Notes under the pieces: model-generated
What the model was told of the DNA's origin: nothing
The model's input: the letters and a program-made list of their open reading frames with translations, nothing else
The model's database searches: none
In this document: one piece after another, positions 1 through 8,226 of the stretch
Position numbering within the stretch: the stretch's first letter is position 1
Layout: each line of letters opens with the position of its first letter
Sequence record: OR677401
DNA from: Escherichia phage LQ5
DNA length: 64,000 nt
Direction: 5' to 3' (one strand)
Translations under genes and position numbers: made by a program

Positions 1-965
1 TGTTCAATATTAAATGTCTATCTGAATCTGAACAAGAGAAAGTAGTTTCCCTCTATAAATCCGGTAATTATACTCAGCAAGAACTAGCTGACTGGTATGG
101 TGTTTCGGTTGATACCATTCGTAAAGTTCTGAAAAATGATGAAGAAGCTAAACGTTCTCAAGTGGTTATTACCGGAAATGTTACGGTAACAGTTCCTAAC
201 CTGCTGGTTGTTCCTGTTGAAGCCACTATTGGTGGTTCTCGTCCAGAAATTATCTGGAATGCTAGTTCTAAATTCGTATCCATCACTGAAGGTCGTACAG
301 TATGGAACACCACTAATAAGAACAAACATTTTGATGCCATCGTACAGGCTCTTAAAGAATCTCGTTTCGATGACGCGATTAAACTGATTTCCATTAAAGA
401 AGCCGTTAAGGCCTTTGTTAAAGGCAACGTTCGTATTGAAGGTGGACGTCTGGTTTACCAAGGCATTGAATTGCGTTCAGGGTTGATTGACCGTATTATC
501 ACTTCAATGGAAAACGGTGAAGACTTCGAATTCTACCTGCCGTTCCTTGAGAACCTGTTAGAAAACCCAAGCGAAAAAGCTGTACAACGTTTGTTCGACT
601 TCTTGGTGGCAAACGACATCAAAATTACTGAAGATGGTCACTTTATTACGTGGAAGGTGGTTAACTCCGATTACACCGACTGCCGTACCGGTACGTTTGA
701 TAACTCACCAGGCAAACCGGTTAAAATGCCTCGTTCTCGTGTAAATGACGATGATGAAGTAACCTGTTCAAGTGGTCTGCACGTTTGCTCTCGTAGTTAT
801 ATCGGTCATTTTGGTAACTCAAGCTGTAAAGTAGTTTCATGTAAAGTTAACCCACGTGATGTTGTTAGTATTCCGGTCGATTACGGTGATGCTAAAATGC
901 GTGTATGTTATTATGAAGTTCTGGAAGACGTCACCGAACAGTTCGCAAACGAATACAAATACTAA
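1..965 (+). CDS. rIIB: rIIB membrane-associated rapid-lysis/Rex-exclusion protein (start codon cut by window edge)
   Basis: Frame starting at nt 3 reads (M)FNIKCLSESEQEKVVSLYKSGNYTQQELADW..., matching the T4 rIIB N-terminus (MYNIKCL...); continuous to stop at 965; track ORF 162..965 is an internal-Met fragment of the same frame. Confidence 0.85.
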   Translation, partial: FNIKCLSESEQEKVVSLYKSGNYTQQELADWYGVSVDTIRKVLKNDEEAKRSQVVITGNVTVTVPNLLVVPVEATIGGSRPEIIWNASSKFVSITEGRTVWNTTNKNKHFDAIVQALKESRFDDAIKLISIKEAVKAFVKGNVRIEGGRLVYQGIELRSGLIDRIITSMENGEDFEFYLPFLENLLENPSEKAVQRLFDFLVANDIKITEDGHFITWKVVNSDYTDCRTGTFDNSPGKPVKMPRSRVNDDDEVTCSSGLHVCSRSYIGHFGNSSCKVVSCKVNPRDVVSIPVDYGDAKMRVCYYEVLEDVTEQFANEYKY

Positions 966-1002
966 ATCAATAACGGAGGCTTCGGCCTCCTAATGAGGAA
1001 TT

Positions 1003-1200
1003 ATGTTAGGTTACCAAGCACGTGTAGTTGAAGAATACGACCAGTTGGTTCTTAAAATTACCGCACTAGAAACCTTTATTGAAGGTGGTGTTTTTGAAAC
1101 TCTTGATATCCGTCAACAAGGGTTACTGATTGCACAACTGGATGCGATGGGCGCTTATGCTCATTGTTTAGAGGTTCGTATTTCTTATTTCGGTGAGTAA
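1003..1200 (+). CDS. hypothetical small protein
   Basis: 65-aa ORF with SD-like GAGG 8 nt upstream, preceded by UUCG-tetraloop hairpin. Confidence 0.4.
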   Translation: MLGYQARVVEEYDQLVLKITALETFIEGGVFETLDIRQQGLLIAQLDAMGAYAHCLEVRISYFGE

Positions 1201-1501
1201 AATGATTAATTACCTGAATGTCGGTGAACGTGGTATCAAGATTTCTAATTTGCGTGGATTCCATAAAGCAGGTACTGTTTATTGTGCTAAGCTCGTTAAA
1301 CACCCGGGTGATGTTCATTACGCTTTTCTAGAATGCGATGAGGTGGTCGAAGGCGAATTTCCTTTAGCAGATTCTGATACTTTAGAACCCGACGACCGAA
1401 TTTATTACGGTGAACTTCATATTCGAGGCATTTATGGTGAAGACGAACCCGGGACTACTCCGATTGGCAGCGATGCCGACATTTACCCTGAAGACATCTG
1501 A
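1193..1501 (+). CDS. hypothetical protein
   Basis: 102-aa ORF, start overlaps upstream stop (coupled). Confidence 0.4.
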   Translation: MSKMINYLNVGERGIKISNLRGFHKAGTVYCAKLVKHPGDVHYAFLECDEVVEGEFPLADSDTLEPDDRIYYGELHIRGIYGEDEPGTTPIGSDADIYPEDI

Positions 1502-1514
1502 TTTAACAGGCGAA

Positions 1515-1991
1515 ATGAAGGTTAAGATTAAGGATACCGTACTGTATTCCTTAAGCCAAGACCCGTCCCAAGATAAGAAAGAAGTATTGACTCGGTGTGT
1601 CATTGCAACGTATGCCGAGTATATGGTTGCTGATTGGTTGAAAGGATATGTTAATAGTGGTCTAGAAGACCATGACGACCCTTATACCTATGCATGGGAT
1701 GTTTTAGCTCATCCTATGTACTGTGGACTACGCGTAGAGGTCAAGACCCATCAGTCGGATTCTAAGTGGATTTCCTGCACTACAGGATACTCCGGTGACT
1801 TCCCTTATGGAACAGGGATTAACCTGGGGCCGCTCTTGAATCATAAAGTTGCAGATTGTATAATTATATTCGACACTTCGGTAAATGAGGCAGGCGATGT
1901 CCTGTTCACTCCTAAGTTCTCTGGTGACAGAGAAGCCATCACAAAGCTAGTCCGTAAGAGCAATTACAACGGCTGGTATCTCGCCTTATAA
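1515..1991 (+). CDS. hypothetical protein (occupies the denB/ndd.x position of T4; identity not established)
   Basis: Track ORF 1410..1991; start moved to internal ATG (M36) to avoid 90-nt overlap; start uncertain. Confidence 0.35.
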   Translation: MKVKIKDTVLYSLSQDPSQDKKEVLTRCVIATYAEYMVADWLKGYVNSGLEDHDDPYTYAWDVLAHPMYCGLRVEVKTHQSDSKWISCTTGYSGDFPYGTGINLGPLLNHKVADCIIIFDTSVNEAGDVLFTPKFSGDREAITKLVRKSNYNGWYLAL

Positions 1992-2066
1992 ATTTTTAAA
2001 ATAGTATTTACATACGCCATGGATGGTGTTACTATCTTCCTATCAACTACACGAGAGGAAAATATT

Positions 2067-2294
2067 ATGACTTCTATTACTTATGTTAAAGCAATCAATC
2101 GTAAAATCGAAGAATATAAATTTGAGAATGGTAAAGTGTTTCACAAGCTTACCAATATTAAAACGGGTAATGTTCAAAAAGATTGGACTGAAGTTACCAC
2201 TCCTACAGTAATTAATCTTTACGGTTCTATCGAAAAGTATTGGGAATTTTTAGTAGGTTGGGCTAAACAGCATCCAAAACATTCTGTTGCTTAA
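2067..2294 (+). CDS. hypothetical small protein
   Basis: Track ORF 2019..2294; ATG at 2067 follows GAGG SD of the repeated leader cassette. Confidence 0.45.
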   Translation: MTSITYVKAINRKIEEYKFENGKVFHKLTNIKTGNVQKDWTEVTTPTVINLYGSIEKYWEFLVGWAKQHPKHSVA

Positions 2295-2350
2295 GTTATA
2301 ATGCCACGGATGGTGTTACTATCTTCCTATCAACTAATGAGGAGAACAAA

Positions 2351-2617
2351 ATGGATATCAAATTATATTACGCTAAACACAAAGTTACAGGTATGGTTGT
2401 TGCCGCTATGTATGATGCATCAGGTGAAGGTGATGATGTTACTACAGAGTTATCTCTTTCTGAATGTAAATTTCTCCGTCCCTTAATCGCATCAAAGGAA
2501 GATTTAGAAAAGCTTATTGATGGAAAACTGGATAATGTTGACGGCATAGATATTCTTTATGACCTCCGCACGGCATTGTACAGGGGATTGATTGAGATAA
2601 AAGAGGTGGTGTTTTGA
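2351..2617 (+). CDS. hypothetical small protein
   Basis: 88-aa ORF directly after second copy of leader cassette (GAGGAG-N6-ATG). Confidence 0.45.
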   Translation: MDIKLYYAKHKVTGMVVAAMYDASGEGDDVTTELSLSECKFLRPLIASKEDLEKLIDGKLDNVDGIDILYDLRTALYRGLIEIKEVVF

Positions 2618-2762
2618 GTAGCAAAACGTGGTGCCTTATTTGGATGGCCTGTATCCCAGTGATTTGCGTGTGTTTTAGTTTATTGTTGTGGAAATTGGCA
2701 TAAATCAGTATACATCTCCATTAATCATGATATTATAGACCTATCAACTAATGGAGATGATT

Positions 2763-2873
2763 ATGAAAAACTTACTTAAAGCAATTTGGAACATGTTTGT
2801 GTTGTTAATGGTATTGAGCATTTTCCCAATCGTTTTTATGATTGACCATGTACGTGTATTCTTTAACTTCTGA
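2763..2873 (+). CDS. putative 36-aa hydrophobic membrane peptide
   Basis: ATG after GGAGATG SD in third leader cassette; translation MKNLLKAIWNMFVLLMVLSIFPIVFMIDHVRVFFNF is a single TM helix; below the 60-aa track cutoff. Confidence 0.3.
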   Translation: MKNLLKAIWNMFVLLMVLSIFPIVFMIDHVRVFFNF

Positions 2874-2883
2874 GGAAAATATT

Positions 2884-3096
2884 ATGAAACTTTTTAAAGA
2901 TGTGGTAGTCGGCGAGAGCTTTGTATTGCATAATGGCCAACAACTGATTCGCATTTCTCCTTTGCAAGTTGGGACCGAATTACAACCTGTTAATGCTACA
3001 GACCTTTATGATTCAACTAAGCGTTTTTGTGTAGGCCCTAGTGTGCAATGCCTTACTGTTGATGAACTGATGGCTATTTCTGTTGACGCTGAATAA
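2884..3096 (+). CDS. hypothetical small protein
   Basis: Track ORF 2842..3096; ATG at 2884 preceded by TGAGGAAAATATT SD motif. Confidence 0.4.
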   Translation: MKLFKDVVVGESFVLHNGQQLIRISPLQVGTELQPVNATDLYDSTKRFCVGPSVQCLTVDELMAISVDAE

Positions 3097-3106
3097 GGAA
3101 AATATT

Positions 3107-3451
3107 ATGTCTAAATTATTTTTTGGTAATCGCAACATTATGTTCTTTAAACAGATTAGCATGTCAGAAACATTTGATTTAAGTTATTCGGGCGACACAA
3201 AAGCTGTTAACCTTAAAAATTTAGCGTCTGCAGAATTTGCATTCTATCAGGACCCTGAAACTGGTTTCTACAAATTTATTAAGTTCCGCATGACTATGGA
3301 CCGCGATTATCGTGACGTTTATTATACAAGTTATGAAAGTGCTATCAATGCAATTCGCGAAGCTTATGGATTGGATTCGTTGTCTCTTGACCGCCTGTAT
3401 AATGCAAGCCTTTACACCAGCGGATTTATTTTAGAACAACTTCAAAAATAG
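3107..3451 (+). CDS. hypothetical protein
   Basis: Track ORF 3083..3451; ATG at 3107 preceded by AAGGAAAATATT. Confidence 0.4.
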   Translation: MSKLFFGNRNIMFFKQISMSETFDLSYSGDTKAVNLKNLASAEFAFYQDPETGFYKFIKFRMTMDRDYRDVYYTSYESAINAIREAYGLDSLSLDRLYNASLYTSGFILEQLQK

Positions 3452-3528
3452 TTTACAACCTCGAGAATCATGTTATAATGGTTCTCGTTGACTGGATAAC
3501 AAAACATTAATCTACTGAGGAAATTGAT

Positions 3529-3978
3529 ATGAATACTTATATGACTCGCCGTAACGTTCTGTCTGCTGGTGCTACTACTGTTGCTTATGTTAAGAACGGT
3601 GAATACCAAAATGGTAAACCTTCTAAAGAAATCTCTGCTCAGCCAGGCTTCTACTTCTTTGTTAAAGGTGGAGCTGATTCTCGTGTCGTAGCGGCTCGTT
3701 TTTATGTCGGTAATCAACGTTCGGCCCAAGGGCTCGACGGTATCGTGGCTAACATTCGTAAGAAACGTTCTCAATCAGCTCGCACTATGGCAGTGAACGG
3801 TGTTGTGTATGAAGTTCTTTATGTACCGGCTTCTAAGATGAAACCCCTGACTACAGGTTTTGGTAAGGGTCAAATTGCAATGGCTTTCACTCGTAATCAT
3901 AGTTCCGACCTCCAGACACTGGAAGAAATGAACCGTATGTTGGCTGATAACTTTAAATTCATCCTGCAGGCTTACTAA
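3529..3978 (+). CDS. ndd: Ndd nucleoid-disruption protein
   Basis: 149 aa; C-terminus ...[11 protein letters not shown]...[24 protein letters not shown]...[20 protein letters not shown] matches T4 Ndd as I recall it. Confidence 0.85.
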
Positions 3979-4055
3979 TGAGTAATTTCCATAACGAGCA
4001 TGTGATGCAGTTCTATCGTAACAATCTTAAAACTAAAGGCGTCTTCGGACGCTAA
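3978..4055 (+). CDS. stp: Stp peptide (suppressor of three-prime phosphatase; modulator of the EcoprrI/PrrC anticodon-nuclease system)
   Basis: 25-aa [28 protein letters not shown] overlapping the ndd stop (TAATG); essentially identical to T4 Stp. Confidence 0.8.
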
Positions 4056-4065
4056 TGAGGAAAAT

Positions 4066-4227
4066 ATGGTTATCCTAGTTTTTATTGAACTTATTATGGC
4101 TATAGTCTGTTCAGTTTGCTTCTTTTTAGGTGTGTGGGCCCCTGGTCCGATATTCTTAAGTTTTCTGCTTATTGGTTGGGTTCTTTCTACTTTTGTCGGT
4201 TTACTTAAGACGATTAAAAATGATTAA
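4066..4227 (+). CDS. small membrane protein, Ac-like by position
   Basis: 53-aa hydrophobic ORF (MVILVFIELIMAIVCSVCFFLGVW...) after hairpin + TAATGAGGAAAATATG; T4 has the 51-aa membrane protein Ac here. Confidence 0.4.
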   Translation: MVILVFIELIMAIVCSVCFFLGVWAPGPIFLSFLLIGWVLSTFVGLLKTIKND

Positions 4228-4360
4228 TAAAATCCTGGGCTACTCGTTAGCCCTTGCTGCTTTATTAGTAGCACTGTATTATGGAGTAATGTTCGGACTT
4301 ATCCAAGTTGTGCTTTTTATTTCCGATGTTATTATGGCTATTCATTCACTAGTATGGTAA
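4220..4360 (+). CDS. small membrane protein (52.1-like by position)
   Basis: Track ORF 4172..4360; ATG at 4220 overlaps upstream stop (ATGATTAA); hydrophobic MINKILGYSLALAALLVALYYGVMFGLIQVVLFI... Confidence 0.4.
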   Translation: MINKILGYSLALAALLVALYYGVMFGLIQVVLFISDVIMAIHSLVW

Positions 4361-4364
4361 AATT

Positions 4365-5693
4365 ATGGAATTAACATCTCGTGGTTTAAAAAGTATTATC
4401 GACAACGAAGCATTGGCTTATGCAATGTATACTGTCGAAAACCGAGCCATTCCAAATATGATTGATGGCTTTAAACCTGTACAACGTTTTGTAGTGGCTC
4501 GTTGTCTTGATATGGCTCGCGGTAATAAAGAAAAATTCCACAAACTGGCTTCTATCGCTGGTGGTGTAGCCGACCTCGGATATCACCACGGTGAAGGTTC
4601 TGCTCAGGAAGCAGGGGCTTTGATGGCTAACACATGGAACAACAACTATCCATTGTTAGACGGTCAAGGTAACTTCGGTTCTCGATTGGTTCAAAAGGCT
4701 GCAGCCTCTCGTTATATTTTTGCTCGTATCGGAAGTAACTTTGCAAAAGTTTATAAGGACACAGAATATGCTCCGGTTCATGCGGATGTTGAACATAAGC
4801 CACCGGCTTTTTATCTGCCTATTATTCCTACTGTTCTTCTTAATGGCGTTTCCGGTATTGCAACTGGTTATGCAACTAATATTCTTCCTCATAGTTTTGA
4901 TTCTGTTAAGAAAGCTGTACTGCAAGTTCTTCAGGAAAAACGAGTAACCAAACCCAAAGTGGCTTATCCTGAATTCCGTGGTGAAGTTGTTGAGATTGAA
5001 CCTGGTAGTTATGAGATTCGTGGAACGTATAAGTTCACATCTCGAACCCAAATGCATATCACGGAAATCCCATACAAATATGACCGTGAAACATATGTGG
5101 CTAAGGTATTAGACCCTCTGGAAGACAAAGGGTACATCACATATGATGATGACTGTGACGAGAACGGTTTTGGCTTCAAGGTTAAGATTCGTAAAGAATA
5201 CGAATTGCCTACCGAAGAAAACAAGAAGCATGAAAAAATCATGAAGGACTTCGGGTTAATCGAACGTCGTTCACAAAACCTGACCGTCATTAATGAAAAA
5301 GGTAAACTTAAGGTTTACGAAGATGCAGTTGAACTGATTCGTGATTTCGTTGAGGTCCGTAAGACCTTTGTACAAAAACGTATTGATGGTAAAATCATCG
5401 AAACCGAAGAAGCTTTTAAACTAGCATTGGCTAAAGCCACATTCATCAAAGATGTTATTGACGGGACTGTAGTTATCCAAGGTAAGACTCGTAAGGTTTT
5501 AACTGAGGAATTGGCTGGTAATAAAGTCTACGGCGAATACGCTGATAAACTGGTTGCAATGAACATTTTCCATATCACATCCGATGAAGCCAAGAAACTG
5601 GCCCTCGAAGCCAAGGCTAAGAAAGAAGAGCATCAATACTGGAAATCTACTGATGTGGTAACTGAGTATGTTAAAGATTTGGAGGCTCTATGA
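4365..5693 (+). CDS. 52: DNA topoisomerase II medium subunit gp52
   Basis: 442 aa, same length as T4 gp52; long identical stretches (KSIIDNEALAYAMYTVENRAIPNMIDGFKPVQRF..., ...GNFGSR.VQKAAASRYIFAR...). Confidence 0.92.
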   Translation: MELTSRGLKSIIDNEALAYAMYTVENRAIPNMIDGFKPVQRFVVARCLDMARGNKEKFHKLASIAGGVADLGYHHGEGSAQEAGALMANTWNNNYPLLDGQGNFGSRLVQKAAASRYIFARIGSNFAKVYKDTEYAPVHADVEHKPPAFYLPIIPTVLLNGVSGIATGYATNILPHSFDSVKKAVLQVLQEKRVTKPKVAYPEFRGEVVEIEPGSYEIRGTYKFTSRTQMHITEIPYKYDRETYVAKVLDPLEDKGYITYDDDCDENGFGFKVKIRKEYELPTEENKKHEKIMKDFGLIERRSQNLTVINEKGKLKVYEDAVELIRDFVEVRKTFVQKRIDGKIIETEEAFKLALAKATFIKDVIDGTVVIQGKTRKVLTEELAGNKVYGEYADKLVAMNIFHITSDEAKKLALEAKAKKEEHQYWKSTDVVTEYVKDLEAL

Positions 5694-5793
5694 GCCTTGG
5701 AGTCGAGTTCTTGTTACTCTGTATCTTTGCTGTTATTCTGGGCCTGGCGACAGGCTTAGCTATAGGTTTAATAGCAGCTCACTTTAAAAAGTA
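5690..5793 (+). CDS. putative 34-aa hydrophobic peptide
   Basis: ATG overlapping gp52 stop; MSLGVEFLLLCIFAVILGLATGLAIGLIAAHFKK; followed by terminator; exact ends +/-1 nt. Confidence 0.3.
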
Positions 5794-5816
5794 AGGAACC
5801 TTCGGGTTCCTTTTTT
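5794..5816 (+). terminator. rho-independent terminator (GGAACC-UUCG-GGUUCC + U7)
   Basis: perfect 6-bp GC-rich stem, UUCG tetraloop, T-run. Confidence 0.7.
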
Positions 5817-5833
5817 GGTTTAGTGAAAAAAGT

Positions 5834-5862
5834 GTTTACTTCTGCTTTAAACATGATACTAT
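5834..5862 (+). promoter_or_regulatory. T4-type early promoter (-35 GTTTAC, 17-nt spacer, TGATACTAT extended -10)
   Basis: gtttac at 5834-5839, tactat at 5857-5862; a TGCTTTA MotA-box-like heptamer also lies inside. Confidence 0.6.
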
Positions 5863-5900
5863 AGACCTATCAAAACAATAGAGTGAAATGGAGATACAAA

Positions 5901-6536
5901 ATGTCTAAAATTACTTATATCATCAAAGCTTCTGAAGGCGCCCTGAATGAAAAAACCGCTTCAATCTTAGTACATATCATCAAGCATAACTTCATCACTT
6001 CAGGCGAAGTCCGTGAAGCCCTGAGTGAGCAATTTAGTGCTGTGGTAGTTAACTCTAATATCGGTGTATTGATTAAGAAAGGATTCATCGAAAAATCTGG
6101 TGATGGACTAGTGGCTACAGGTGAAGCAATGGACCTAGTTCAAAAAGCTGCCGACCTGTTCGCTTCTGAAAATGCTCCAGAGATGTTGGAAAAACGTAAA
6201 ACGCGTAGTTCACGTGGTGTTACTCCTGAAATGGTAACACTGGCTGATGAAGTTAAAGCTTTATTAGAAGACCGTATCGAGATTCGTGAAATTGCTGAAA
6301 ACCGTAGCAACCTTGAAGTTCGATTCGCTAAACGTACCAACGGTATTCGTCAAATCGAAGTCCGTCGTGATGGAATGATGCGTATCTTCGGTTATAATAT
6401 GACTGATAAAGAAAAACAGGTGTTTACTTCCTTGAATCTTGATGTTAAGATTAAGACTGGTGGTAAGAATACTTATATCGACTTCCAAAACGTATCATCT
6501 GAAGTTATCAAAACCGTAACCAACGCAATTATCTGA
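5901..6536 (+). CDS. motA: MotA middle-transcription activator
   Basis: MSKITYIIKAS...LNEKTA.IL...NSNIGVLIKKG..EKSGDGL..TGEA matches T4 MotA N-terminal domain; track ORF 5883 uses an upstream non-ATG start. Confidence 0.88.
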   Translation: MSKITYIIKASEGALNEKTASILVHIIKHNFITSGEVREALSEQFSAVVVNSNIGVLIKKGFIEKSGDGLVATGEAMDLVQKAADLFASENAPEMLEKRKTRSSRGVTPEMVTLADEVKALLEDRIEIREIAENRSNLEVRFAKRTNGIRQIEVRRDGMMRIFGYNMTDKEKQVFTSLNLDVKIKTGGKNTYIDFQNVSSEVIKTVTNAII

Positions 6537-6550
6537 CTGAGGAAATTATT

Positions 6551-6880
6551 ATGAACAAGCTGAATATTGTTAATGAACTTCGTCGTTGTGCAGAACCTAC
6601 TCAAGAAGGTTGGGATATTTGGTACCATGGCGCTTATCTTGGAACTATTGTTAAGATTAAAGCCGGTAAATACCTAATCATCCGTGGTGGTACTGAAGCT
6701 TCTATGGGAATTCGTAAAAACTTTATGGCGGCAATCAGCACCTTTGTCCCAGCGGCTTATGAAGTCTATAAAGCGGACTACAAAGAATACCAAGAATCAC
6801 AACCGGTTATCCGTTCAATTGGTGTTAATAAAGCTCAACAGAAATCTTTATGGCAGCGTATTAAAGGATGGTTCAAATGA
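6551..6880 (+). CDS. hypothetical protein (motA-asiA interval)
   Basis: 109-aa ORF with SD GAGGAAATTATT-ATG. Confidence 0.45.
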   Translation: MNKLNIVNELRRCAEPTQEGWDIWYHGAYLGTIVKIKAGKYLIIRGGTEASMGIRKNFMAAISTFVPAAYEVYKADYKEYQESQPVIRSIGVNKAQQKSLWQRIKGWFK

Positions 6881-7215
6881 TTCCGATGGAACTTAACTGG
6901 GACGGTGAAGGTCATTCCCTTAAATTGATTGAAGAACAACGTAATGATTGGGACGAGCGTGTAGCTTTGGTAAGCGGTATTAAGAAAATTTACCAACTCG
7001 ATCTCCAGATTGATAACGTTTATCTTGAATTTGGTATGCAGTTATTACGATTTCTTGAGATTATTTTTATTGAAAAGGTAAATATAACTTCGTATGGCGA
7101 GGGCCAAACAGTTAATATTAAATTATCATCCTATTATAAAGGCGATTTAATTGAAACTGCCACCAAAATTCAAGAATTTGCTAAAGATAACGGCCGTAAG
7201 GTGATTTTCAAATGA
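6877..7215 (+). CDS. hypothetical protein
   Basis: ATG overlapping upstream stop (ATGA); track ORF 6868..7215. Confidence 0.45.
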   Translation: MIPMELNWDGEGHSLKLIEEQRNDWDERVALVSGIKKIYQLDLQIDNVYLEFGMQLLRFLEIIFIEKVNITSYGEGQTVNIKLSSYYKGDLIETATKIQEFAKDNGRKVIFK

Positions 7216-7700
7216 ATCTATTAAAAGGTAAAGCATTATCCTTTAAAGACCGTATGGCTTTATTAGATAAAGCTCTTTCTCGCGAGACTCCTGAAAGTCT
7301 AGCAGCTAAATTACAGGCCTATGGTGATTACACCGAATATACAGAAGAGGATGTTTTAGAAGAGGTTCCTGAAATCTGTTGGCAAGTGGCCCATTGGTGT
7401 GAAGACCAAAAATTCCAGCGTCGAATTGTGTGTGCTGCAAACCGTTTTAAGTTAAAAGATGGTGGAACTCTGGTTATTCCTGCGACACGTCATTACTCTA
7501 AAGATATGGGTGCGGTTATCAAGGCAGTTGAAGATAAATTGGTAACACGATTTGTCTGTGATGATGACCAAGGCTTTGTCGACCAATATGGTAATTATTG
7601 GACTCGCGAAGAAGCAATGATTATTGCGACTTATGCTAATCAAGTTCGTATTGAACGTGGTGGCAGTGAAAAAGAACTTTACTCTGAGGACCTTTACTAA
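7212..7700 (+). CDS. hypothetical protein
   Basis: 162-aa ORF, ATGA overlap with upstream gene. Confidence 0.45.
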   Translation: MNLLKGKALSFKDRMALLDKALSRETPESLAAKLQAYGDYTEYTEEDVLEEVPEICWQVAHWCEDQKFQRRIVCAANRFKLKDGGTLVIPATRHYSKDMGAVIKAVEDKLVTRFVCDDDQGFVDQYGNYWTREEAMIIATYANQVRIERGGSEKELYSEDLY

Positions 7701-7981
7701 TGAATCTTAAACAACTCCAGATTGATGCAATCGAAGCCCATATTAATCATGTTAAACGTCTTAATGTCATGGTGGAAGACAACTGGGGAACTTATGTCAA
7801 CCAACCGGCTTGGGATGCCTTAGACCACGAATATATAAAGAATATTAGTTCTAAGACAATCCATGGTAATATGGAAGGGTTGAAGCCGTTCCTACGTGAT
7901 ATGTATATTGCAACTAATAAAGAAATTATCAGCTCTCTTGAATATCAATTAAGGAAATTACGTGAACAATCTGGTAGCTAA
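7700..7981 (+). CDS. hypothetical protein
   Basis: 93-aa ORF, TAATG overlap with upstream gene. Confidence 0.45.
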   Translation: MNLKQLQIDAIEAHINHVKRLNVMVEDNWGTYVNQPAWDALDHEYIKNISSKTIHGNMEGLKPFLRDMYIATNKEIISSLEYQLRKLREQSGS

Positions 7982-8070
7982 GCACGATTTCAATAAGGCT
8001 TCTGTCCATAAGGACAAGAAGAAAAATCTTAAAGAGTCTAAACGTAAGCAGAAACATAAGGGTAAAGGCT

Positions 8071-8226
8071 ATGAGTCATAACTTAGAGAATACAGTAACA
8101 GGCATGCGTACACGTGAGCAGGAGGGCTTTGAGGAATTCCTGGGAGCTGATTTTAAGTTCCAGGAACCAATAGAAGAGATGTATCAGGAATATGTTAAAA
8201 AGAACGAAGAACATGTTTACAATCCC
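8071..8226 (+). CDS. possible 51-aa acidic small protein
   Basis: ATG after AAGG; MSHNLENTVTGMRTREQEGFEEFLGADFKFQEPIEEMYQEYVKKNEEHVYNP; overlaps the asiA promoter at its 3' end. Confidence 0.25.

Noticed and set aside
52-59. TATAAATA late-promoter-like octamer inside rIIB coding sequence
   Set aside because: Located within an early gene on the coding strand with no late gene downstream; most likely a chance occurrence in AT-rich DNA.
4386-5290. Antisense and out-of-frame ORFs inside gene 52 (4386..4589-, 4656..5057-, 4720..4947+, 5009..5290-)
   Set aside because: Lie wholly within the strongly supported gp52 coding sequence, have low-complexity or hydrophobic composition typical of alternate frames of AT-rich DNA, and lack ribosome-binding sites.
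5883-5900. Track ORF N-terminal extensions from non-ATG starts (motA 5883, dsbA 20275, nrdB 29446, denA 30619, alc 32252, ligase 42220, uvsY 57770, gp51 56732)
   Set aside because: The extensions overlap promoters or Shine-Dalgarno sequences and are absent from the T4 homologues; starts were moved to the internal ATG matching the known N-terminus.
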